Part shown: positions 55,801 through 64,000 of the stretch, piece by piece
Numbering within the stretch: position 1 is the stretch's first letter
Layout of the letters: each line of letters opens with the position of its first letter
Assembly: GCA_040222015.1 (NCBI GenBank)
Contig: JAVJWO010000018.1
Location: 31,048 to 95,047 of the forward strand
Length of the DNA: 64,000 nt
Reading direction: 5' to 3'
From: Coleofasciculus chthonoplastes F2-STO-03
GTDB lineage: Bacteria > Cyanobacteriota > Cyanobacteriia > Cyanobacteriales > Coleofasciculaceae
Made by a program: the position numbers and the translations under genes
The notes under the pieces: model-generated
What the model saw: only the letters and a program-made list of their open reading frames with translations
The model's database searches: none
What the model was told of the DNA's origin: nothing

Positions 55801-56970
55801 TTGCGGACAGAGGATACAGTGGCGCGATTGGGTGGGGATGAGTTTACCATCATGCTGGAGGATATTGAAGATATTCACCATGCAACCCGCGTGGCGGAAC
55901 GGATTCAGCAAGAATTAGCCGCCCCATTTAATTTAGATGGACATGAAGTCTTTACCGGGGCGAGTGTCGGGATCGTTTTAAGTCGGGAGATCCGACAGGA
56001 GGGGGATATCATCAACTATGATTGTCCTGAAGATCTGTTGCGGGATGCCGATACCGCCCTCTACCGGGCAAAAGCATTAGGACGCTCCCGCTATGAGATA
56101 TTTGACCTGACGATGCACCAAAATGCCCTCAGCGTCTTGCAGTTGGAAACCGAATTGCGGCGGGCGGTGGAAAACCAGGAATTTGAGATTTACTATCAGC
56201 CGATAGTCTCCCTCTCAACCCATCAGATTGCTGGGTTTGAGGCACTATTGCGTTGGCATCATCCCAGCCGAGGATTAGTGTATCCCGGTGAGTTTATCCC
56301 CATGGCAGAGGAAACGGGATTAATTATTCCCATGGGCTGGTGGATGTTGCGCCAAGCCTGTCGTCAGTTAGAACTTTGGCATGATACGGTTCAGGACAGT
56401 GAACTTAATCAAGAACTGGCTCATCAGTTGACGATTTATGTCAATCTTTCCAGCAAACAGTTTTTACAACCGGAACTCCTAGAACGCCTGGACAAAATTC
56501 TGCACGAGACCCATCTACATCCGAGTCATTTGAAGTTGGAAATTACCGAAAGCTGTTTACTGGCAGACCCCGAGATAGCGGAAGAACGGCTCAAAGAATT
56601 GCGCGATCGCCAAATTGGGTTATGTATTGATGATTTTGGCACGGGGTATTCGTCGTTAAGTCATTTACATCGATTTCCGATTGATACGATTAAGATTGAT
56701 CAGTCTTTGATTAGTAATATTGGCATCGAGGAACAAGGGCATTGTGAAGCAGGCATGAGCAATCGCACCAAAGGATTACCCTTGCAAATTGTCCGCACAA
56801 TTATCATGTTGGCAGATAGCCTAGGAATGGAAGTGATTGCTGAAGGCGTAGAAACAAAAGAGCAATTGACTCAACTGCGGCGGCTGGATTGTGACTATGC
56901 TCAAGGGTATTTATTTCAAGCGCCCTTAGATGCGTTGACGGCGGGAAAACTGCGGGTTGAGCCTCAATGA
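52822..56970 (+). CDS. Multi-PAS/GAF diguanylate cyclase/phosphodiesterase (GGDEF-EAL)
   Basis: Several PAS domains, GAF (GLPGRVW), DTLTGLPNR, RLGGDEF, FEALLRW, DDFGTGYSS, AEGVE; start uncertain (52804 or 52822). Confidence 0.95.
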   Translation: MKHLEVSYSHLLEKDTQPELKTTVLELLSIPTHPQSSWRGDSDTLLWQTLVQSIPLPLVIARLTDGVILYANEHYNSTFDPRQQKRSRVNQPVCDRQTLSFYHDPAQRQLILQGLVSQGYLRDYAIKMPSCQGKPIWSLVSLQRLTFKRESAFLAIFQPITDDSHHHESLQSLPPSPQETAPSSQPTRRQLIANAVCEQEVKFCTLAETIPAAVLIYQSNQLIYVNSTVCEITGYSQSELLTMDLWDLLHPSSHAFMPKPSRSETAQRGAKRRYEVQILTKTGDRRWLDTSTRIIEFQGKPAVLLSAFDISNYKQAEGAWQESQRTLATLMGNLPGMAYRCRADSQWTMEFVSEGCFNLLHYNPRDLVENRALVFSDVIHPEDRKRVKQDVQAAVTEKRPYQLEYRITTATGIQKWVWEQGCGIFYRHGELQALEGFITDITERKWATDALELLQTMTQAIGEAPDFQSALYVTLSKVGQATHWDLGEAWVKRANGKVLECSTIWRRVEEQPLKADGKEQGVTVKANDNSLSGHDRTSTHTDKGAASPYPPVLASEASTRQDFCYYSPAFTFALGCGLPGRVWASRRPEWIPDVSRAPHSSFVRSSLAKACGLKAGFAVPIIAHDQVLAVLTFFRFESRQTDQRLVNLISTVAAQLGVAIERKQAEVALRSSEAELRALFAAMTDSIFVLDETGRFLKIAPTNPDPMLLPKNAKEFVGKTLDQLFGTTQADQFLTYIQEAIATSSRLNIEYSLPLRDREVWFAATISPTLEDSVVWVARDITERKQAEQALQQAEAKYRSIFENALEGIFQSTADGHYISANPALARLYGYSSAEELMVRLTDIEHQLYVDPQRRAEFSRLLQENDAVADFESQVYRKDGSVIWIAENARAVRDMTTGELLYYEGTVEDITEHKLAKDQLQTRAFYDTLTGLPNRALFMDRLTHTVERAKRHHTYRFALLFLDLDRFKVVNDSLGHLLGDQLLIGIARRLESCLRTEDTVARLGGDEFTIMLEDIEDIHHATRVAERIQQELAAPFNLDGHEVFTGASVGIVLSREIRQEGDIINYDCPEDLLRDADTALYRAKALGRSRYEIFDLTMHQNALSVLQLETELRRAVENQEFEIYYQPIVSLSTHQIAGFEALLRWHHPSRGLVYPGEFIPMAEETGLIIPMGWWMLRQACRQLELWHDTVQDSELNQELAHQLTIYVNLSSKQFLQPELLERLDKILHETHLHPSHLKLEITESCLLADPEIAEERLKELRDRQIGLCIDDFGTGYSSLSHLHRFPIDTIKIDQSLISNIGIEEQGHCEAGMSNRTKGLPLQIVRTIIMLADSLGMEVIAEGVETKEQLTQLRRLDCDYAQGYLFQAPLDALTAGKLRVEPQ

Positions 56971-57281
56971 GATGAAACGGATTCGGTGTGCGCCCTCAGA
57001 TGGTGATCTACCCATCCACCAAGAGCGCCAAACGATATAGGTTTAATCGCACTGAAAAGCGTGCATTTTGGTATCACCGAAACCCTTGATATACCGTAGG
57101 GTGGGCATTGCCCACCAGAATACGAGAAGCATACCATTCGATATAAGTTTATATACCCACCAAGAGCGCGATCGCTTATCCTAAATCTAGAAGCACAAAT
57201 CAGTTAAGATAACCATGAGGCTGATCATCTCCAATGAACTCCTCCAAACCATCCAAACGTCAAAAGGTGGATTACTGGCTG

Positions 57282-58364
57282 ATGTTAAAAGACATTGAAA
57301 TCACTAATTTTAGATGCTTTGAAGCAACAAAAATTTCTGGATTTAAGAGAGTTAATTTAATTGGGGGTCAAAACCATGCTGGCAAGACGGCTTTGCTGGA
57401 AGCAATTTTATTGAATAATTGTCCTAAATCGATAACTATTATCGCACTGAAGAGGATAAGGAAAGAAGCATCAGACATCGAGAAAGCTATACCAGAGCGA
57501 GCTTGGAATAGTTTTTTCTTTAATCAAGATAAGCGAACAACGATAAAAATAACTGGAACAAGTATCCAAAATATCAGCACTATTGTTGAAATACTGGTTT
57601 GTAATTCTATTTCGCTTTTAAAACAAATTTTGTCAGATGAGGAAGAAGCTAGAAGGTTGATGACTCTGATATCTAAAAATGAACCCATGTCGTCAGTTTT
57701 GCAAGTTCGAGTTATCCAAGATAATCAAGAGATATCTAAGTATCCTGTTATAGCAACTTCAGATGGAATTTTGCTCCATGATATACCCGATTATAATAAT
57801 CTGCCTATAATTACATCTTTTGGAAGAATGTCAAATAAAGATTTAACTGAAGAGTATGACAAAGCTCGTTTAAATGACAAAGATGATGAAGTCCTCAAAG
57901 CCTTTCAAATATTAGATCCTTCGATTGAAAAAGTAGAAAGTTTTTCTATTGGAGAACCGACACTCTACTTAGTCAGGAAAGAGCAGAAAGGGCGTTTACC
58001 ACTTTCCTTGTTTGGAGACGCGATGAATCGCGTAGCAGCGATCATGATCAAGCTAATCAACAACGACTATAAGTTTCTGTTGATCGATGAAATAGAAAAT
58101 GGTATTCACTATACTAAACAGGGGAATTTTTGGGAACAATTATTTCGACTCGCTTCAGAATTAGATATACAAATTTTTGCCACCACCCATAGTTTAGAGA
58201 TGATTAAAGCTTTTACCGAGACAGGAGTCAGTAAATATCCAGATCTTGGTGTCTATTTTGAAATTGCCAGAAAGCCTCGCAGTAATTCAATTATAGGAAT
58301 TAATCGTGATCTAGAAACACTAAAATATGCTATAGAACATGGCAAAGGAGTGAGGGGTGAGTAA
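57282..58364 (+). CDS. ABC/AAA_15-AAA_21-type ATPase
   Basis: NFRCF, Walker A GQNHAGKT, LSLFGDAM signature, LIDEIENGIH, ATTHS; start 57234 or 57282. Confidence 0.88.
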   Translation: MLKDIEITNFRCFEATKISGFKRVNLIGGQNHAGKTALLEAILLNNCPKSITIIALKRIRKEASDIEKAIPERAWNSFFFNQDKRTTIKITGTSIQNISTIVEILVCNSISLLKQILSDEEEARRLMTLISKNEPMSSVLQVRVIQDNQEISKYPVIATSDGILLHDIPDYNNLPIITSFGRMSNKDLTEEYDKARLNDKDDEVLKAFQILDPSIEKVESFSIGEPTLYLVRKEQKGRLPLSLFGDAMNRVAAIMIKLINNDYKFLLIDEIENGIHYTKQGNFWEQLFRLASELDIQIFATTHSLEMIKAFTETGVSKYPDLGVYFEIARKPRSNSIIGINRDLETLKYAIEHGKGVRGE

Positions 58365-59052
58365 CTTACTTATCGTTGAGAGCAAAAATGATAAGTTTTT
58401 CATGGAAGCCTTAATAGATAACTTAAATTATGATATTTCCATAGAGCCTCCCATTTGCATCAATGACTACGAATGTTTGGAAGGATTGAGCAAATCTAAA
58501 CTTATTAATGCTCTCAAAGCTTTAGCAGCCGACATTCAGAAAAGAGATATACAAAAAGTCGGCATTGTCATAGATATCGATAATTTTTCTGTAGATGAGC
58601 GAATTCAATGGGTGAATGAATGTATTAATCAAGTTTTTACCAATAGTGTAAATTTATCAAAAATAGGAAAGTTTATAGAGATTAGTACGGCGACTAGAGA
58701 GGTAACTAAGTTATCCTGCTATTTTACCAATGTAGATGGTAAAGGTGAATTAGAAACTGTACTAAAAACTATTAAGTCTCAGGACTCTACGTTTGCTGAT
58801 TGCTTAGTCAGTTGGCGAGATTGTTTAATAAATCAAGGCAAATCAATCACTGATAAAGAGTTTGACAAGTTTTGGGTTAGTCTCTACATTAGATTCGATA
58901 CTTGTTCAAACAAAGAGAAAAAACAAGCGGAAAGAAAATGTAGTATGAAAAACTTTGACTATATCATGAAAGAAAAAGTGAATATTTGGAATTTAGAACA
59001 CCCTGCACTAGAAGAACTAAAGAAATTTTTAAGGATTTTCACGGACGAGTAG
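58357..59052 (+). CDS. DUF3226-like / TOPRIM-like protein
   Basis: LLIVESKND, GIVIDID, GELE acidic motifs; GTG start overlaps the ATPase stop. Confidence 0.75.
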   Translation: MSNLLIVESKNDKFFMEALIDNLNYDISIEPPICINDYECLEGLSKSKLINALKALAADIQKRDIQKVGIVIDIDNFSVDERIQWVNECINQVFTNSVNLSKIGKFIEISTATREVTKLSCYFTNVDGKGELETVLKTIKSQDSTFADCLVSWRDCLINQGKSITDKEFDKFWVSLYIRFDTCSNKEKKQAERKCSMKNFDYIMKEKVNIWNLEHPALEELKKFLRIFTDE

Positions 59053-59084
59053 ATATAGATCGACGCCACCAACGCACGCGATCA

Positions 59085-59262
59085 GCGCGATCGCTCAATT
59101 GGATTATGTGTGGATGACTTTGGTACAGATTATTCGTCGTTAATAGGACTTACGGAAAGCCTCTATGTGTAGGGTGTGTTAGCGTAGCGTAACGCACCTT
59201 TGCCACGATATGTGGTGTAGCTGCGTAAGTCCTGGTTAAGTTGTCTGCACTGATTTCCGATT
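59085..59262 (+). pseudogene. Short duplicated EAL-domain fragment interrupted by a MITE
   Basis: 59085-59143 aligns to 56601-56659 (49/59 by hand count); similarity resumes at 59235-59262 vs 56655-56682. Confidence 0.8.
59144..59234. mobile_element. MITE with AGGACTTACG/CGTAAGTCCT TIRs and an internal GTAG hairpin
   Basis: TIRs at 59145-59154 and 59224-59233; GTTAA duplicated on both sides. Confidence 0.75.
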
Positions 59263-59368
59263 AAGCATTGACAGTGGGACAACTTTGAGTTAAGCGTCAA
59301 TGAGATAACCATTCCGTGCATTTCTCCTGAGATAATGAATACCCTGACCAACATCAAGGAATAACAAA

Positions 59369-60250
59369 ATGACTAAAACTGCATGGGTGTTTCCTGGACA
59401 GGGTTCTCAATCTGTCGGGATGGGAACCGACTTAGCCGATTTACCCCTGGCTCAAGCCAAATTCGCCCAAGCCCAGGAAATCTTAGGCTGGGACGTGCTA
59501 GAACTGTGCCAGAGTTCTGACGAGAAACTGTCTCGCACTCTCTATACTCAACCCTGTCTCTATGTCATCGAAAGCATCCTAGCCGATATTATCCAGGAAC
59601 AAGGACATCAACCGCACCTCGTCGCGGGTCATAGTTTGGGCGAATATGTAGCACTCTACGTGGCGGGTGTCTTCGACTTTGAGGCGGGGTTAAATTTGGT
59701 CAAACGTCGTGCTGAACTAATGGATAGTGCCTCAGGTGGCATGATGGCGGCTTTAATTGGATTTAATCAAGACCAGCTTGACGAATACATCCAGCAGCAT
59801 GAGGATGTAGTGTTAGCTAATGATAATAGTCCAACGCAAGTCGTGATCTCTGGAACCCCCGATGCGGTAGAAGCATTATTAAGTCAAGTAAAAGCCAAGC
59901 GAGTCGTGCGGTTAAATGTATCTGGGGCGTTTCACTCACCGTTCATGGCATCAGCCGCGACAGAGTTTCAAGGGGTGTTAGAGTCTGTTCCCTTTAGTGA
60001 CGCGAAGATTCCAGTGTTATCCAATGCAGAACCTATACCTACCACAGAAGCGGCTGTCCTTAAGGAACGCCTCCAACGTCAAATGACGGGAAGTGTGCGC
60101 TGGCGAGAAATTGCCTTACACCTGTCAGAAGTAGGGATTGAGAAAGTGGTAGAAATTGGTCCTGGGAAAGTTCTCACGGGTTTAATTAAACGGATGTGTC
60201 GGGATGCCGCCTTAAAAAATATAGGTAGCTTATCAGATTTGCCCGGTTAA
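59369..60250 (+). CDS. fabD: Malonyl-CoA:ACP transacylase
   Basis: FPGQGSQ, GHSLGE, VSGAFHS, EIGPGKVL. Confidence 0.98.
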   Translation: MTKTAWVFPGQGSQSVGMGTDLADLPLAQAKFAQAQEILGWDVLELCQSSDEKLSRTLYTQPCLYVIESILADIIQEQGHQPHLVAGHSLGEYVALYVAGVFDFEAGLNLVKRRAELMDSASGGMMAALIGFNQDQLDEYIQQHEDVVLANDNSPTQVVISGTPDAVEALLSQVKAKRVVRLNVSGAFHSPFMASAATEFQGVLESVPFSDAKIPVLSNAEPIPTTEAAVLKERLQRQMTGSVRWREIALHLSEVGIEKVVEIGPGKVLTGLIKRMCRDAALKNIGSLSDLPG

Positions 60251-60474
60251 CCGATTAACCCAACGTTAACCTCAGGAATCTACTGTAGGCTATGTATTTT
60301 CCATTTCCCTGTTATATCGCACTACGGGGATATGTTAGGACATTAGGTCATCCCAAGCAGGAACAGAGAACCGTAAAGAATGTCCTAACCTGCCAAGGTA
60401 GCTGCTATACATTTGCAAGCAGAGACAGGGAACCGTGTCAGCAGAACATCTATCAACCTCAAGGACTGCTAGCT

Positions 60475-61791
60475 ATGTCCTATCGGTATCCAATTCGGTT
60501 AAGTTGGAAAATTTTCCTAATTCTCTTCAGCTTAGGCTTAATGGTGAGTTTAACCGGATACGTGGTGATTAAGCGTAACCGAGTGCATCACCTCACCATA
60601 GCCGCTGGGTCGAAACAAGGGGAAAGTTATATTTTCAGTCAGGCAATGGCACAAGTCGTTGCTAAATATAACCCGAAAATTCAGATCAAAGTCCTGGAAA
60701 CCAAAGGTTCAAAGGCAAATATAATACTGCTAGAAGAGAAGAAAGTGCAACTGGCGACAGCCCAGGCGGATATCCCTGCCCTACCCTCGGCGCGGATTGT
60801 GTCTAAATTATTCCCTGATATGTTTCAGTTGGTTGTCCAAGCCAACTCTGGCATCAATCAAGTCTCCGATCTCAAGGGAAAACGGATTGGACTGCCACCA
60901 GAAGGGGATGGTCAATATTTGTCCTTTTTATTCGTCGCCGAACATTATGGCTTGAAAAAAACCGACTTTTTTGGCTTGGCTGTGTCTGAAAAAGAAACCG
61001 ATGAGGCGTTTCGCAAAAACAAAGTCGATGCCGTGTTTCGGGTTCGCCCTCCAGGGAATAAATCAATTCTTGATTTGGTACAAAACCGGGGCGGGCGGTT
61101 GGTTCCGATTGAGCAAGCCGAAGCGATGAAAATTAAAGAACCGACGTTGGATGCTGACTTTATTCCCAAAGGCACTTACCAAGGATCTCCTGCTATTCCC
61201 GCCACTGACTTACCCACTGTAGCCGTACCCAGGATACTGTTAGCTGATCAGAAGGTTGATTACAAGCTGATCCAAGAGATTACCAGCATTTTGTACGAGC
61301 GCCGCCGGGATTTAGCGGCTCTGATCCCGGAGGCATCCTACATCAGTCCCCCTAGCGTGTTAAGTGGGACAATTTTACCCATCCATCCTGGTGCCCAAGC
61401 TTACTATGATCGAGAGAAGCCATCCTTTCTGCAAGAGAATGCTGACTGGCTGGGTTTGTTACTGTCAATCGCGGTTGTGATCGGGTCTTGGGCTTTGCAG
61501 TTGAAATCCCAACTGGAAAAGAAACAGAAAAACCAGGGTGATAACTATAATCAAGAGATTCTGGTGCTAATGAAACACATCGAATGCTGTAAGGATTTAG
61601 CCCGTCTTGAACAAATTCGACACCAGTTGTTCAGTACGTTTGAGAGTGTCGTCAATGCCCTAGACTATGATCAGATCACACCCGAGTCGTTTCAGTCGTT
61701 CACCTTCACTTGGGAAGCCGCGATCGCAGCGTTTCGCGATCGCCGAAGTACCCTCATGGCTCAACCAACCCCAATCTCGAAGTCGCAATAG
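60475..61791 (+). CDS. TAXI-family TRAP solute-binding domain protein with flanking TM helices
   Basis: TIAAGSKQGESY, ETKGSKAN, DLKGKRIG, PIHPGAQAYY; TM helices before and after the domain. Confidence 0.85.
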   Translation: MSYRYPIRLSWKIFLILFSLGLMVSLTGYVVIKRNRVHHLTIAAGSKQGESYIFSQAMAQVVAKYNPKIQIKVLETKGSKANIILLEEKKVQLATAQADIPALPSARIVSKLFPDMFQLVVQANSGINQVSDLKGKRIGLPPEGDGQYLSFLFVAEHYGLKKTDFFGLAVSEKETDEAFRKNKVDAVFRVRPPGNKSILDLVQNRGGRLVPIEQAEAMKIKEPTLDADFIPKGTYQGSPAIPATDLPTVAVPRILLADQKVDYKLIQEITSILYERRRDLAALIPEASYISPPSVLSGTILPIHPGAQAYYDREKPSFLQENADWLGLLLSIAVVIGSWALQLKSQLEKKQKNQGDNYNQEILVLMKHIECCKDLARLEQIRHQLFSTFESVVNALDYDQITPESFQSFTFTWEAAIAAFRDRRSTLMAQPTPISKSQ

Positions 61792-62022
61792 CCAACGTAA
61801 AACCTAAAACCCGATAAAATCTTCAAATTGGTTGTTGATAACTGATACTCTAATACAGCAGCCCCAAATCTAGGGATTATGTTTAAGTCGATTTGTGGCA
61901 ATAAACCCAAATCGATTAACTTTTCTCAATAGTCCGTAAATCATAACGAATGACCAATGACGAATGACCAATGACGATCTCCACCGTTAAATTGAATTTT
62001 TCCCATCTACTTAGGATGTTCT

Positions 62023-62661
62023 GTGACTAGAAACCGCGAACCCTTTGCTAGCCTAATCCTTTACCACGCCTTTAAATGGTCGGTAGTCAGCCCAGTGCTT
62101 AATGTTTACCTACGAGGTCACATTCATGGTGCAGAAAATGTGCCAATGGATGGTCCACTGATTGTCGTAAGTAACCACGCCAGTGACTTTGACCCACCGA
62201 TTTTGTCCAATTGTGTGCGGCGTCCGGTGGCATTTATGGCAAAAGAGGAACTATTTCGTGTTCCGGGACTCAAGCAAGCCATTCAGTTATACGGCGCTTA
62301 CCCAGTGAAGCGGGGTGCAGCCGACCGGAGTGCTCTTCGTGCGGCGATTGAGTGTCTATCTCAGGGGTGGGCTGTGGGTGTCTTTTTACAAGGCACACGC
62401 ACACCGGATGGTCGTATTCCGGAACCCAAGTTAGGTGCGGCATTAATTGCAGCGAAGGGAAACGCCCCTCTATTACCCGTGAGTTTATGGGGGACTCATC
62501 GCATTTTTCCTAAAGGATCACCGATACCGCGTCCTGTACCCGTAACCGTGCGAATTGGTCAACCCATTGCCCCCCCAGCTTCGACAAAACGACCTGATTT
62601 AGCCGCCGTGACTCAGAGGTGTCAAGCTGCTATTCATGCTTTGCATGATTTAGGGCGATAA
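62023..62661 (+). CDS. plsC: 1-acyl-sn-glycerol-3-phosphate acyltransferase
   Basis: NHASDFD (HX4D), FMAKEEL, FLQGTR. Confidence 0.93.
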   Translation: MTRNREPFASLILYHAFKWSVVSPVLNVYLRGHIHGAENVPMDGPLIVVSNHASDFDPPILSNCVRRPVAFMAKEELFRVPGLKQAIQLYGAYPVKRGAADRSALRAAIECLSQGWAVGVFLQGTRTPDGRIPEPKLGAALIAAKGNAPLLPVSLWGTHRIFPKGSPIPRPVPVTVRIGQPIAPPASTKRPDLAAVTQRCQAAIHALHDLGR

Positions 62662-62705
62662 ATTAGATGCGATAAATCGCATCGGGTACAGGACGTGCTT
62701 TTCGG

Positions 62706-63209
62706 TTAATCAAAATAGAAAATGGTCACCACCTTGCGTTGTTCCTCAGCCTCCTCACAGGTTCTCAGCAAGGTTTTGCTGTCATGAAAGGCGAAGCAAA
62801 CAAGCTGTTGACATCGAGAAATGATTTCGGAGTTACACAACGCACTGGCTTCTGCCAGAGACAGATGATCATTTTCTGGGTTTTCTACTAAGTGCATCAC
62901 TTGTTGGAGTTGAACTTGCGACTCCCGTGGCTGACGTTCTAAGCTTTGGGGCAAAATGACCGTCAGCAAATTCGGGTCAGCACGCATCGCACCGCGAATC
63001 GCGGCTGAGTTCGTACCTGTTGCGCCAGAGGTCATCAGACGATTGCCACCTAGAACCAAGGCATAACTCATCATCTCGATCAGATGTTGATGGGTAATGG
63101 GTACATGACGCGATCCTAACAGGGCAATCCGCTTAGAACCTGTTTGCTGGATTGTCGCAAGTTCTTGCGCTAAGGTATCTACACCGGAGATTTCTACTGA
63201 TTGATTCAA
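62706..63209 (-). CDS. DprA/SLOG-like Rossmann-fold protein
   Basis: IALLGSR, TSGATGTNSAAIRGA. Confidence 0.75.
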   Translation of the reverse strand: MNQSVEISGVDTLAQELATIQQTGSKRIALLGSRHVPITHQHLIEMMSYALVLGGNRLMTSGATGTNSAAIRGAMRADPNLLTVILPQSLERQPRESQVQLQQVMHLVENPENDHLSLAEASALCNSEIISRCQQLVCFAFHDSKTLLRTCEEAEEQRKVVTIFYFD

Positions 63210-63351
63210 AGATGCTGGTTTAGGCTGAACAACCTAGGTATTTTAGCAAAACCAGCGACAGTTAGGACTATTAGCTCGCAAAAAGGTGGCGGAGGTGTAC
63301 AAGTGCAGGGGGGCGGGGAGAGAAAAACTATTTTGGCTTGATCCGATTGGC

Positions 63352-63381
63352 TTGCCACTTTTGAAAGAGTCGTGCTAGATT
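63352..63381 (+). promoter_or_regulatory. Probable sigma70-type promoter of tRNA-Val
   Basis: TTGCCA - 18 nt - TAGATT with extended TG. Confidence 0.5.
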
Positions 63382-63398
63382 AAGATACTGTTTGGTTC

Positions 63399-63472
63399 GG
63401 ACGCATAGCTCAGTTGGTTAGAGCACCACGTTGACATCGTGGGGGTCACTGGTTCGAGTCCAGTTGTGTCCA
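63399..63472 (+). tRNA. trnV: tRNA-Val(GAC)
   Basis: Acceptor GGACGCA/TGTGTCC, D-arm, anticodon arm ccacg-ttGACat-cgtgg, T-loop GGTTCGAGTCC. Confidence 0.97.
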
Positions 63473-63492
63473 TTTAATTCAGAGTAATATCG

Positions 63493-63970
63493 TGTATTTT
63501 GGGAAAGGGAAAGACGCGATCGCAATCCTCTCCCATATCCCGAACGCGATCGCACCTTTTCATAGAACTGCTTCGATTCCTGGTGATCGGGTGTATCTGG
63601 GGAATGGGAAAGCGCGATCTGCTGTAAGGAGCAGCGCTTCGCTATCGCACTTGGTAGCCTGTCATTTTTGATTCGGGTGTAGGGGCGACCCGCTTGCACA
63701 AATTAATAACGGTGTTGACTCAATTTGATCGGGTCGCCCTTTATTCAATTGGCGGTGTCAAACAGTGTTTTTTGAGCGGTTATATGCTTTCCTGGATAAG
63801 CTTCCATCGCACTTTGGTGGGGAATCGCTTTTATTCCTGGTGAGATGACGTATCTGGGGAAAGGGAAAGCGCGATCTGCTGTAGGCTCTACTCGAAGAGC
63901 GATCGCACGCTGGGGATAGAGGGAGGTGCGATCGCGTGGGAGTCTAGGTATTTGTAGGGGCGGGCGCGAG
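63493..63970. repeat. Repeat-dense region downstream of the tRNA: GGGAAAGGGAAAG-CGCGATC units, HIP1 sites, GTAG-REP doublet
   Basis: Units at ~63493, ~63593 and ~63850; REP at 63678-63740. Confidence 0.75.
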
Positions 63971-64000
63971 CCGCTTAATTTTGATGTTTGTGATCACGTT

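Noticed and set aside
63418..63699. Minus-strand 93 aa ORF
   Set aside because: Overlaps tRNA-Val and repeats; spurious

Overview
A 64 kb chromosomal window from a cyanobacterium. HIP1 (GCGATCGC) octamers and STRR heptamer arrays are frequent, and a filamentous, Coleofasciculus/Microcoleus-like host is my inference. Core genes: ftsH (3' end outside the window), the atp1-atpI/H/G/F/D/A/C ATP synthase operon, petJ, larC, a ClC-CBS-USP transporter, pmbA/tldE, tab2, lnt, a sugar ABC permease, a PAS/GAF-GGDEF-EAL protein, fabD, plsC and tRNA-Val(GAC). Accessory content: (1) an intact-looking REP-associated tyrosine transposase (RAYT) between two ~296 bp direct-repeat REP arrays, with its GTAG-REPs and several other GTAG-hairpin families spread across the window, one in frame inside a gene; (2) a TnpB-related RuvC nuclease whose putative omega-RNA end lies only ~17 nt from a degenerate IscB-type (HEARO-like) omega-RNA scaffold, so the same 17 nt occupy the guide position of both; (3) two orphan TnpB-type omega-RNA remnants in and around the atp operon; (4) a triple-TIR / TM / WD40 protein with Toll-receptor-like topology; (5) two mosaic filamentous-haemagglutinin-like proteins followed by an exported TPR-CHAT protease; (6) an AT-rich ABC-ATPase + TOPRIM-like gene pair bounded by HIP1 sites and followed by a duplicated EAL fragment. 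No CRISPR array or rRNA was seen. All calls come from reading motifs by eye; no database searches were run.
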